Source of the DNA: a virus
Taxonomy: Duplodnaviria > Caudoviricetes
IMG/VR virus record: IMGVR_UViG_3300044852_000015
Location: 128,001 to 192,000 of that record
Strand: one strand, 5' to 3'
DNA length: 64,000 bases
Numbering within the stretch: the stretch's first letter is position 1; every line of letters begins with the position of its first letter. The notes beneath the pieces are model-generated. The model searched no databases and had not been told where the DNA came from. It saw only the letters and a program-made list of their open reading frames with translations. A program made the position numbers and the translations under genes. This document shows positions 1-8,476 of the stretch, one piece after another.

Positions 1-235
1 TCTCTTGAATCCTTGCATCGGAGTACGATTCTGGGAACTCAATGGTGAAGCCATCTGGGGCGGTGTTGTCATCCCAGACTTCATTGGTAGTCCAGTTCTT
101 ACACACATCAAACTTGCAGGTTACAAGTTGCATGTCTTTCAACCAGACCGGATCGGTGCTCGGTGGTTGAGCGATAGCGTTCGCTTGAGCGGTTGCGCAA
201 GTGACCAGCATCAGTGCAGCGAAAAGAGTTTTCAT
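1..235 (-). CDS. Small secreted protein (partial, runs off window)
   Basis: Hand-translated, not in ORF track: MKTLFAALMLVTCATAQANAIAQPP...VTCKFDVCKNWTTNEVW; signal-peptide-like N-terminus, AAGGA RBS. Confidence 0.7.
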   Translation of the reverse strand, partial: MKTLFAALMLVTCATAQANAIAQPPSTDPVWLKDMQLVTCKFDVCKNWTTNEVWDDNTAPDGFTIEFPESYSDARIQE

Positions 236-273
236 GGTTTGTCTTCCTTAAGACCAGATTTTGGTAGTGCTTA

Positions 274-561
274 TTATTGAGGTTGAGTTACGTCGAGAAT
301 GACGAAGCGTTGGTTATCAAACAACATCGGCAAAGAGTTACTCGCTTTGCGAGCTTCGAACTCTTCCACCGGGATTGCTACATCGAGGGTGCTGTAAACC
401 ACGTAGCGGAACCCACCTTCCACTTCGACGATCTCAGGTTCCACCGGACTACAAGTACCCCCTTTATGGAGGTTGTCGCGAATCCAGTTCAGGATGGCTT
501 GAGCTTCATCCACAGTCTTGAACAGTTTCTCGGAGGTTGTTGCGCAAAGTACTTGCTTCAC
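274..561 (-). CDS. Hypothetical protein
   Basis: 95 aa ORF coupled to upstream gene in co-oriented cassette. Confidence 0.7.
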   Translation of the reverse strand: MKQVLCATTSEKLFKTVDEAQAILNWIRDNLHKGGTCSPVEPEIVEVEGGFRYVVYSTLDVAIPVEEFEARKASNSLPMLFDNQRFVILDVTQPQ

Positions 562-830
562 AGTTCTACCCCTTTGTCTTTTTCAGCTTGACTTTTACGG
601 ATCGCTGCGTAAACCCACCACAGCACGATTACAGCGAGTGCCAATGCCCACAGCTTGGTCAACACCAACGCACCCAACAGAATACAGAAGTTGGTGTTAG
701 TGTGGTGACGCACCCCGTACAGCACAGTCGAGATGAACCAACCAGATTTACCGTCGAACGAACCCTTCTTATGCTGGGTCCACATTACAGCAGCAAAGCC
801 CAGCAGAATTACAGCGATCAGGATCGACAT
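558..830 (-). CDS. Small membrane protein
   Basis: Hydrophobic segments, GAGG RBS. Confidence 0.75.
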   Translation of the reverse strand: MSILIAVILLGFAAVMWTQHKKGSFDGKSGWFISTVLYGVRHHTNTNFCILLGALVLTKLWALALAVIVLWWVYAAIRKSQAEKDKGVEL

Positions 831-853
831 CAGGCACCCTCCTCAGGGTAAAG

Positions 854-1222
854 TTATTTCTTCCAGAGTGCGTACTCTGGGTTCAACCCTATAACGTCGT
901 CAGTGACGTTATAGCAGAACTCTAGTGAACAATAGTCAGATTGCTCTGCCATTGGGATATGTGCTCTCAGACTGGCCCTGAGGAGCTTACGGAGAGTGGT
1001 GGTCGTCAGGTAGCAATACTCACCTTCTGGCTCGCACCAGATGCGGTAGGTCTTCTTACCGACCGGAGTCTCAGAAGGTCCAAGTCTGCCCAGTGGTCCG
1101 TCCACTGAAATCGTGGGAGATTGGCCGGGCAGTGGGCTGGCTTGTGCTGCGCTCGACGCCAACAGAGTTAGAGTAATCGCGCAGAACATGGACATCAGTT
1201 TCATTCGTTGGTACCGTATCAC
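854..1222 (-). CDS. Small secreted Cys-pair protein
   Basis: Signal peptide ending AQA; CEPEGEYC and CSLEFCYNVTDDVIG. Confidence 0.7.
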   Translation of the reverse strand: MIRYQRMKLMSMFCAITLTLLASSAAQASPLPGQSPTISVDGPLGRLGPSETPVGKKTYRIWCEPEGEYCYLTTTTLRKLLRASLRAHIPMAEQSDYCSLEFCYNVTDDVIGLNPEYALWKK

Positions 1223-1376
1223 TAGGATTAAAGATTAAGGTCAAAACCAAAGCTACTGCGAAGGTCACACATAACCAACGTAACCACCTGTTCTGTTGCG
1301 CCAACAATTTCAGGTCGACGTTGTTGTTCAGGTTGTCGATGGCTTGCTTGCTACGATCAGCTTTCACTTGGGACAT
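1071..1376 (-). CDS. Small single-pass membrane protein
   Basis: TM segment WLCVTFAVALVLTLIF; long 3' overlap with next gene makes C-terminus uncertain. Confidence 0.55.
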   Translation of the reverse strand: MSQVKADRSKQAIDNLNNNVDLKLLAQQNRWLRWLCVTFAVALVLTLIFNPSDTVPTNETDVHVLRDYSNSVGVERSTSQPTARPISHDFSGRTTGQTWTF

Positions 1377-1377
1377 G

Positions 1378-1578
1378 TTACTTCCCCACCCAAACTTTCA
1401 TGGTGGTTTGTTGCAGGCTACCGTCTTCAGTAGCCACAGTCTGTTCTACTTGACACCAGCCGTCTTTGCAGTCGGCAGGTTTACCGGTCTCAGCAGGCAA
1501 CAGGTAGAACGCGTAAGCCGAGGAACAGATCGAAGCCAAGGCGATTACAGCGAGGATTGCTTTTACGAATTTGTTCAT
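1378..1578 (-). CDS. Small secreted protein
   Basis: Signal peptide ending AYA; CKDGWC. Confidence 0.7.
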   Translation of the reverse strand: MNKFVKAILAVIALASICSSAYAFYLLPAETGKPADCKDGWCQVEQTVATEDGSLQQTTMKVWVGK

Positions 1579-1624
1579 GGTTCAGATTCCTACTAAGGAT
1601 AAGAGATTGGTGTAAGGTTGTATG

Positions 1625-1966
1625 TTAAGCGAATTGCAGTGGGGTGCGAGCCACGACTGCGTTGTTGCGTGCCAGCGACTCAGTGTTAGCAGGAGCCGTT
1701 GGGGTGCTGTATTTGGACAGTTCAGCTTCGTCGAAGTTGATAGCCACTTCTTCAGTAGCTTCAAAACCAACCAGCACTTCAGCAGTGGTGGTAACGAAGG
1801 TAGCGATGTAAACTTTGTGGAACTCGCCGTTCACGTCTTTAACAGCGACTACTTCACGGCCTTCGTGTTGACCGACAGTTACAGTCTTGGCGATGAAGAA
1901 GGATTGGTCGTCTTTAACTTTGACCAGGCCTTTGGATGCATTCAGAGCTACGATTACTTTGTTCAT
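1625..1966 (-). CDS. Hypothetical early protein
   Basis: 113 aa ORF, AAGGA RBS. Confidence 0.75.
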   Translation of the reverse strand: MNKVIVALNASKGLVKVKDDQSFFIAKTVTVGQHEGREVVAVKDVNGEFHKVYIATFVTTTAEVLVGFEATEEVAINFDEAELSKYSTPTAPANTESLARNNAVVARTPLQFA

Positions 1967-2027
1967 GTTCGTTTCCTTCTAAGGATTTAGGATTTGGGTT
2001 GCCCTCCGAAGAGGGCGGGGTGGAAGG

Positions 2028-2498
2028 TTAGCGCCGGACCTTCGCCAGAATGGCGTTGGTGATGCTCGGGGCAGCCTGCTCCGAAGAGCGACTGTAGATC
2101 CCCTTGCTCACCCAGTCCAGCGCCTTACCGTGGTGCAGGGCAACCAGATCAGCCACTTGGTTGTGGGTGACCTTCATTGCCGGCTCCTGGACACGCATGA
2201 GCATCTCCTCGCGAAAGGCGAGTGCGATGTTCTCATACTTCTTTTCGCCGTAAACACGGTCGTAAAGAATATTGCCCATGGTAACCCCAACGCTGACCAT
2301 ACCGGCGTCAGTCATCGGCAGCCGCTCCTCTTTGGCGATATAACGGATTGCCAGAGCAATCAGTACACCACGGCGAGAAGGCTGCTTGAACAAGGAGTCT
2401 GCAAATGCAGCGCCCTTATCCAAGTCGTTCAATTCCATACCCAAACGGCGAGCCCAGACGGAAAGGTTCTGGTGGGTAGCGGTTTTGTAAGTAGTCAT
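2028..2498 (-). CDS. Hypothetical early protein
   Basis: First gene after promoter at 2558, GGAG RBS. Confidence 0.75.
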   Translation of the reverse strand: MTTYKTATHQNLSVWARRLGMELNDLDKGAAFADSLFKQPSRRGVLIALAIRYIAKEERLPMTDAGMVSVGVTMGNILYDRVYGEKKYENIALAFREEMLMRVQEPAMKVTHNQVADLVALHHGKALDWVSKGIYSRSSEQAAPSITNAILAKVRR

Positions 2499-2557
2499 GT
2501 TGTGTTCTCCATAGAACGAAAGATTAATGACCAGATTATTCTAGTCTATTCACCAAA

Positions 2558-2580
2558 GTAATATATATCTGAGATTTTTT
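2558..2580 (-). promoter_or_regulatory. Phage early-type promoter (TATATTAC core)
   Basis: Minus strand AAAAAATCTCAGATATATATTAC; matches phiKZ early consensus. Confidence 0.75.
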
Positions 2581-2720
2581 TAATTGGAATGTTTACACTA
2601 TGTTGTGAATACAGGCAATGTCAACATTGTCCGCAAGGGGGTGATCCAGCCTTAGTGTGTTCTCCGAATCCTTGGACTGCTGAGAAGCAAACTAAAAGGG
2701 ATTCACGGCTGCCTGTGTTC

Positions 2721-2790
2721 GCCCGTCCTTCGGGGCGGGCTTTTATGCCCAAAAAAAAAGAGGGTGTGTAACCCTCTCTCTTTCTTTATT
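2721..2790. terminator. Pair of intrinsic terminators
   Basis: GCCCGTCC-TTCG-GGGCGGGC-TTTTATGCC, then an A9-flanked AGAGGG/CCCTCT hairpin. Confidence 0.7.
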
Positions 2791-2792
2791 AC

Positions 2793-3164
2793 TTACGAGT
2801 GTCCCCCATGTTTCTTCAAAGCCGCCGTTACCAAGGCGTTCTGACGAGTGGTGTCTTCGGTCATGAGTTTAAGTAGAGACGGGCTGGCTTTAACCAATGG
2901 GCTCATCTCCATCTCAAACCGACCACCCTTACGAATGTGCAACACTCCGAGCTGGTGACCGAATTCAATGCTAGAGAATTCAATGAAATCTCCCTCGTTA
3001 CAATAGCTAATAGCCAACTGTAACATCCTTGGCATGGCGGTATCGAAGTAACCGTAAGTCCGCACCATGATGATGTCTTTGGATTTACCGCGATACATGG
3101 TAGCAACAACGCGGCGGCGGTGTGGGCTGTTCAATTGGTCGAGGATTTCTTGCGCGGTAGCCAT
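2793..3164 (-). CDS. Hypothetical protein
   Basis: 123 aa ORF with RBS. Confidence 0.75.
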   Translation of the reverse strand: MATAQEILDQLNSPHRRRVVATMYRGKSKDIIMVRTYGYFDTAMPRMLQLAISYCNEGDFIEFSSIEFGHQLGVLHIRKGGRFEMEMSPLVKASPSLLKLMTEDTTRQNALVTAALKKHGGHS

Positions 3165-3228
3165 ACTACTTTCCTTCTAAGGACTTGAGTTTAGTGGGGG
3201 TTCCCGAGAGAACCCCCTTTATGCCGTG

Positions 3229-4257
3229 TTACTTCTGGGTAACAGTGGCCATGAACTGATTGATGATCCCTTGTTTGATCTCAGCTCGCTTCTTGGCGCC
3301 CACACCATCCAGAATCAACATGTACTCGTCGATCGCTGACGACAACATGTTCTTGTAGTGCTCGTTGGTACCGTGGAGTGGGAAGTGTTTCTTGGCCGCA
3401 GAACCCAACAGTGATACAGACACCACGTCTAGGAAATCAGTGTCGGTCTTCAGGAGGTGTTCCAAAGCCTCGTGAACAGTGGATTGACTGATCTGCTCCT
3501 TTGGCGCAGGCTTGACTTCTTCACGCGGAGACATCTTCGGCATGTAGTACGGCATAGCGTACATCCCACGCACCATCCACTGGTCATTACGGTACTGACG
3601 CACCCAACCCAGGAGGGAACTGTAGTCCGCCGCACAGCCTGCGATTTCCAGAGCGCGCACCACACCGTCTTTACCACGGGTAGCCCAGAAGATGTTACCG
3701 CTGGTAGCCGACCAGATCATCACGTTGCCATAACGGAGCTTGGTGGGCTTCTCGCTGTAGTTACGCCCTTCACGACCACACCACTCCAGCTTGAGCAGCA
3801 TACGGGCTGGTTGTGGGAAGCCGGTGGTATCAATGAACGTTTCCACTTGGTCGAATGCTTCTTCGACATTGTTGTGGTAGTTCGGATACACAGGGTTTAC
3901 TGGAGAGAACTCCAGCAGGGAGAACTCAGGGCTGGTCTGCGCCATCAGGAACGCGAAGAGGTCATCGCGAGACTTCCATTCAATAAACTGGCGACGCATG
4001 GAGTAAAGTACTTGTCCCGCAGCAGTCACCACCGGGATCATGTTGTTGTCACGAGATTCCGGGTCCATGAAGAACCCATCAGTCATCTCCAGCGGTTCAT
4101 TGAACTCCTTAGAGAACAGCAGGACCCGAGGGACGTCATAGTGAGTAACCAAAGCAATAGCATCAATCACGATCGGAGCGATACGACCTTCTGGATTAAT
4201 CACCACACGGTTATTGTTTTCGGCCAGCAGGTTAGCAGTAGGGGTGAGGATGGACAT
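3229..4257 (-). CDS. Hypothetical protein
   Basis: 342 aa ORF with RBS, followed by hairpin. Confidence 0.8.
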   Translation of the reverse strand: MSILTPTANLLAENNNRVVINPEGRIAPIVIDAIALVTHYDVPRVLLFSKEFNEPLEMTDGFFMDPESRDNNMIPVVTAAGQVLYSMRRQFIEWKSRDDLFAFLMAQTSPEFSLLEFSPVNPVYPNYHNNVEEAFDQVETFIDTTGFPQPARMLLKLEWCGREGRNYSEKPTKLRYGNVMIWSATSGNIFWATRGKDGVVRALEIAGCAADYSSLLGWVRQYRNDQWMVRGMYAMPYYMPKMSPREEVKPAPKEQISQSTVHEALEHLLKTDTDFLDVVSVSLLGSAAKKHFPLHGTNEHYKNMLSSAIDEYMLILDGVGAKKRAEIKQGIINQFMATVTQK

Positions 4258-4305
4258 TGTTTACGCCTTCTTAGGGTTTAATAGATAATTGATGTATGTC
4301 AGGTT

Positions 4306-4515
4306 TTACAAATAGAACACTTTGCTGTGGTTACTGGACGTAGCGTAGCGAGCAACACTACGAGCACTAAGTCCACTTCCACGGGCAGCTTGGGTGAGGT
4401 TGTTATACACCACGCCATTCACGCTAACCTTCTTGCGGATAGTGGCTTCACGGAGGAATGAAGCCTTTCTCACATTCTCACGATGTTCCGGGGTTTGGAT
4501 GTATCCTTCACGCAC
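4306..4515 (-). CDS. Stand-alone NUMOD3/NUMOD1-like DNA-binding mini-protein (homing endonuclease-derived)
   Basis: TPEHRENVRKAS plus KKVSVNGVVYNNLTQAARGSGLSARSV; no nuclease domain; GGAG RBS. Confidence 0.6.
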   Translation of the reverse strand: MREGYIQTPEHRENVRKASFLREATIRKKVSVNGVVYNNLTQAARGSGLSARSVARYATSSNHSKVFYL

Positions 4516-4544
4516 GGTTTAAGTTCTCCTGTAGATTCACCTAG

Positions 4545-4562
4545 GTAATATAGGTTTGAATT
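4545..4562 (-). promoter_or_regulatory. Phage early-type promoter
   Basis: TTCAAACCTATATTAC. Confidence 0.7.
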
Positions 4563-4600
4563 TAGTTTAAATGCGGCATAGCGGGCCCGAAGGCCCACCA

Positions 4601-5047
4601 TTAATAAAGGATGATGCTCACGGGTAACGGGGTTTCCACCAAGTGCTTCTCTACCAAAGGCTTGAAGTTCTTGAAGTAGTCCAGTTGACCTTGACCACAC
4701 CCTAATGCTGGAATGCCCAGTTCGGTGATCCCCAGCTCTTCGTAACGAGCCACCAAGTCTTCGAAGCCTGCACTCAGGTACTCTTCTTTACTGGGGTTGG
4801 CGAAGTGTTCCTTCGTCGGAAACAGTAAGACTTGCTGACAGGAATCTGGAATGGGGTAAACCACAAGCTTACCCACATCCAACTGCTTGGTCTTCAGAGC
4901 CACCTGATAGAACGCCAGAAGGCCAGGAGTCCTGTACTTAAAAGCTGCGGCCAACCCGTTCCCGAGTGTACCCCAGGTATTGACTGGACAGGCTACCGTT
5001 TGCAGCCCACAACTAAAGAGGGAGCCCTCACCTTCGAACACGATCAT
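4601..5047 (-). CDS. Macrodomain ADP-ribose hydrolase (DarG/TARG1-like)
   Basis: CPVNTWGTLGNGLAAAFK, LLFPTKEHF, IPALGCGQGQL motifs. Confidence 0.85.
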   Translation of the reverse strand: MIVFEGEGSLFSCGLQTVACPVNTWGTLGNGLAAAFKYRTPGLLAFYQVALKTKQLDVGKLVVYPIPDSCQQVLLFPTKEHFANPSKEEYLSAGFEDLVARYEELGITELGIPALGCGQGQLDYFKNFKPLVEKHLVETPLPVSIILY

Positions 5048-5469
5048 TTTGGTTTACCCTGTTTGTTTTGTTCAAGCTGTTTGATCTGCTTCTCCGTAGG
5101 GATCAGCGACCGTGCAGCGTCTTCTGAGCAAATGCGCAAGATCAGTCGGTGGAACTCACGAGGGAGGTCTAGGAACTCCGTCAATGTGAAACCCCAATTC
5201 TTGTGCACCTCATTAACATTGAACTGGTAAATAGCGCGATACAGACCACCGTATTCGTGGTAGTCCTCTTTCACGTGTTTACCCACCAAAGCCAACGGGC
5301 GACCTTGCTCCGAGGAGTGGTCGTAGATCCCGTAGTCTTCGTCGTAAGCTTCACGCAAGACCAGTTGGGCTGTCATGCTATCCAAGTTACTGGCGTTCTC
5401 AAGCAGCCCTTCTAGCCGTCCTTTCTGACCTATCCGAGACAAACCGAAGCCGGGGAGTGCTGTGTGCAT
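5044..5469 (-). CDS. Putative tail assembly chaperone second ORF (probably reached by frameshift)
   Basis: HKNWGFTLTEFLDLP motif typical of the downstream chaperone ORF; frame stays open upstream through U9 run. Confidence 0.55.
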   Translation of the reverse strand: MHTALPGFGLSRIGQKGRLEGLLENASNLDSMTAQLVLREAYDEDYGIYDHSSEQGRPLALVGKHVKEDYHEYGGLYRAIYQFNVNEVHKNWGFTLTEFLDLPREFHRLILRICSEDAARSLIPTEKQIKQLEQNKQGKPK

Positions 5470-5492
5470 GTCCCCGATTTGTGGGTTGATCT

Positions 5493-7025
5493 CTAGAGGT
5501 AAGTTCTTGTAAGGACTTTGTTGGTGCGTTGGTAGAGAAGGGAAAAAAAAACTCTCGCAACGTCCAGAGGGATGAGGTGAGGGTGTCGTTTCTCTGTCTC
5601 AGAAGCCTGAGGGAAATTACAGGCCGGGCAGTTGTGCTTCGGCAGCGCGACCAGAGACACAGTGGCGTTGTCGATGAACTTGCCGATTTCTTCGATGAAG
5701 CGATTACGAATTTCTTCGTCGCCGGAGAACAGAGCCGCCAGACTTTCGATGGTGTCACGATCGTCGGAGATCTCAGTGTCCGGTACCAGCACTTCGCCCA
5801 CCCAGTGACCATACTGACGCATGGTGGTCAGACGACCTTGGTTGGTGATGTACTCGTCGCGTTCCTGACCTTTCAACGGAACCTGGAATGCGTTCTCCAT
5901 CATCTGGACGATCGAGTCGATCCAGCTAAAGCCAGAGTTCTCGTAGTCTTGGATGACCGGCGTACGCAGGTTCATCGAAACGGTAGGAGTCAGCTCAACC
6001 AGCTTCACGCCGCCACGGGTGTGCTCTTGCTCGTAACGCTTGATGTCTTCCGGGGTCATCCGTTGTTTGCGCTGAGTCATGCGCTTACGCTGCCACTCAG
6101 TCAACGAACGGTTGTCGGTGAACACCAGCTTGCCGAGATCCAGCATCTCTTTGATCAGGTGCTGACACGAGCCTTCGACGTTGGCGCAGGCTTGTACGTA
6201 CGGGTAACCGCCCGGATAGATCGCCAATGCCAAGCCCCACAAGATCGCCGGAATGTCCGTAACCTTGATGATCGACTTGAGGTAGTCGACGTTTAGCTCT
6301 TGGGCGTTGGTGTCGAACACGTACTGGAACGCGAAGTTCAGCAGGTAGCTGGTCTGGTAGACCGACGTGTTGGAGAAGATCATGCCATTGGTCAAACGAC
6401 CCAGCGTGGTCTTGTCGTTGGCGATACGACGCTCCAGTTCCAGGATAGCCGACTCAGGTGGAGTTTTGAAACTCAACCAGATACCGGTGTGCCACAGTGG
6501 AACTTGTACCAGAGAACCCAGGCCAGTAGCCGCAGCCACACGCAGGACAGCGCGCTCACCCGTCAGAACAGCACCGCCGTCACCGAACTTAGGACGGGAG
6601 GCACCGATCTTCTCGCCTTCGTAATCCACGAACTGCTGCCAGTCCGAGTCAGGACGTTCCAGCGAAGCCGCCAGCGGGTTACCGCGCAACAGGGTTGCTT
6701 GTGCCAACTTCAACTCTTGTGCCCAGACGCGCATCTTGGCGTCGCCGTTGGCGTTGATGTTCGGGTAGGCGTCGATCAACTCGTTCAAGTCGAAGGCGTC
6801 ACCACCGAGCAACGACAGGTGTTCGTTGTCCGCTTCGAAGTCGTACTTGGCAACGTCCTTCTCCGGCACTGGTTTAGAGTGCGGGAACGTTTGCGTGACG
6901 TTCGGGTTGGTGCGCTTGGTTTCGAAACCAGTCGGAGCTGGTTCTTCAGGCTTCTGCGCAGGCTTCGGTTCAGGAACAGGTTGACTCTGTTCTACTTCAC
7001 CTTTGGTTAGGTCTTCAGATGACAT
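5493..7025 (-). CDS. Putative tail/baseplate assembly chaperone (T4 gp26-like arrangement; phiKZ gp77-like)
   Basis: 510 aa; C-terminal CPAC then VFF encoded by U9 run; synteny. Confidence 0.55.
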   Translation of the reverse strand: MSSEDLTKGEVEQSQPVPEPKPAQKPEEPAPTGFETKRTNPNVTQTFPHSKPVPEKDVAKYDFEADNEHLSLLGGDAFDLNELIDAYPNINANGDAKMRVWAQELKLAQATLLRGNPLAASLERPDSDWQQFVDYEGEKIGASRPKFGDGGAVLTGERAVLRVAAATGLGSLVQVPLWHTGIWLSFKTPPESAILELERRIANDKTTLGRLTNGMIFSNTSVYQTSYLLNFAFQYVFDTNAQELNVDYLKSIIKVTDIPAILWGLALAIYPGGYPYVQACANVEGSCQHLIKEMLDLGKLVFTDNRSLTEWQRKRMTQRKQRMTPEDIKRYEQEHTRGGVKLVELTPTVSMNLRTPVIQDYENSGFSWIDSIVQMMENAFQVPLKGQERDEYITNQGRLTTMRQYGHWVGEVLVPDTEISDDRDTIESLAALFSGDEEIRNRFIEEIGKFIDNATVSLVALPKHNCPACNFPQASETEKRHPHLIPLDVARVFFSLLYQRTNKVLTRTYL

Positions 7026-7034
7026 CTATAACTC

Positions 7035-7517
7035 CTAGATGCTGGCGGCTGGGGCATCAGGCAGCGGCTGGATTTGACCCAGGACTGGCTGTGCGGCTTG
7101 TGAGAAAAACGCGGTAACGTTGAACGCCGACGGAATCACGACCAATTGATATGACGTGATCCAATTGCTGTACTCTTCACCGATGGCCATCAGGGCGGCC
7201 AGCGTATCCGGGTTGAGGGTCGGATCGCCTTTACGATCTTTGGCGATCGCTTCGTGCTTGACGTGAATGGCAGCGAGTTTGTCGCCGTACTCTTTAACGT
7301 CTTTGGCCAGAACGCGTGCGCAGTCGAGCAGACCTTGTTTGTCGGACACTGCACGATCAACCAGCTCTTGGTTTTTGATCAGCAGCAGAGCATGAGACGG
7401 ACTGGTACGCAGCGCGTGACATTCACGCAGCAGAGTATCCATACTGTCCCACATCTCCATGGAGCGTTGGGTCTGAACCATTTGTGCAACGTTATTGAAG
7501 GTGCGACGCTTAGCCAT
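7035..7517 (-). CDS. Hypothetical helical protein
   Basis: 160 aa ORF with RBS. Confidence 0.75.
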   Translation of the reverse strand: MAKRRTFNNVAQMVQTQRSMEMWDSMDTLLRECHALRTSPSHALLLIKNQELVDRAVSDKQGLLDCARVLAKDVKEYGDKLAAIHVKHEAIAKDRKGDPTLNPDTLAALMAIGEEYSNWITSYQLVVIPSAFNVTAFFSQAAQPVLGQIQPLPDAPAASI

Positions 7518-7624
7518 GATTGGATTCCTTAAAGCCGAAATAGGTTACGTGCCGGGAAATGAGTAAAGAAAAGGGCACTTTTCCTATAATGAGAAAGTTG
7601 TGTATTTATTAACAGGGCGGTACT

Positions 7625-8476
7625 ATGACTATTGATGAACTGGAGAATTACCTCCAACAGCGGGTTTCGCCCGAAGCAACAGAGTTAATGGTTGATACCG
7701 CTCGTGTGATGTGCGAGTCGGGTTTGACCAGTCACCTTGATGATTTGGATGACATGATTGCCTCTGAAGACCAGATCGGTCGAGACATCACTGTCTTACA
7801 AATGCGTCAGTACCTCACTTCCACTTTGGAAGCGTGTGTCAACCAATTCGGTATTGAACTGTTGGAAGATGCTGAGATCAACTTGCGACACCTGACCGGG
7901 TTGCAACGTGGTATCAACATGATCACCAACTACGAAGACGTTGAAGCGATTGAAGCTTTGTGTCTGGCTGAGACTGATCCCGAAGAACGCCTCATTGATA
8001 TACTGGAGATGCTGACCGAATATACGTGGGCTGACTATAGTCTCCTCATCGACACGGTTAGTACTTCACTGTTCGATCGTATTCTGGAACAGTTGGTCAA
8101 ACCTGATCAGTTGGCTGCATCCGACAATATCGGTAACGCGGTACTGATCCGTGTCAAGTCGTTGCTCCCTCACGTAGAAGCCCCGTGGCTGCTCGATGAG
8201 ATTCAAGACGGGTGTGAGTTGGGGTTGCCGGTTGCCGCAATGGTAGAGCGCTTCAAGACCCGTTACGATCGAGTTCTGACGGTCTCCAACGAACTGCACC
8301 GCAAGCCACAAGTACTGGCTGAGCAATTCCTTCTTTATATACTCGCTTCGAGTTGCCCAGACGCTGAACTGTTGGCGACAGCCCAAGATCAATTGGAAGC
8401 TGTGGTGATGCACGTTCCTACTCTGTCGGCTGCTTCCAAGTGTATCCAACAACTGTTGAGTCAGGTGACGCAATGA
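7625..8476 (+). CDS. Conserved phiKZ-like protein (gp79-like)
   Basis: 283 aa acidic ORF coupled (ATGA) to vRNAP subunit; synteny. Confidence 0.65.
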   Translation: MTIDELENYLQQRVSPEATELMVDTARVMCESGLTSHLDDLDDMIASEDQIGRDITVLQMRQYLTSTLEACVNQFGIELLEDAEINLRHLTGLQRGINMITNYEDVEAIEALCLAETDPEERLIDILEMLTEYTWADYSLLIDTVSTSLFDRILEQLVKPDQLAASDNIGNAVLIRVKSLLPHVEAPWLLDEIQDGCELGLPVAAMVERFKTRYDRVLTVSNELHRKPQVLAEQFLLYILASSCPDAELLATAQDQLEAVVMHVPTLSAASKCIQQLLSQVTQ

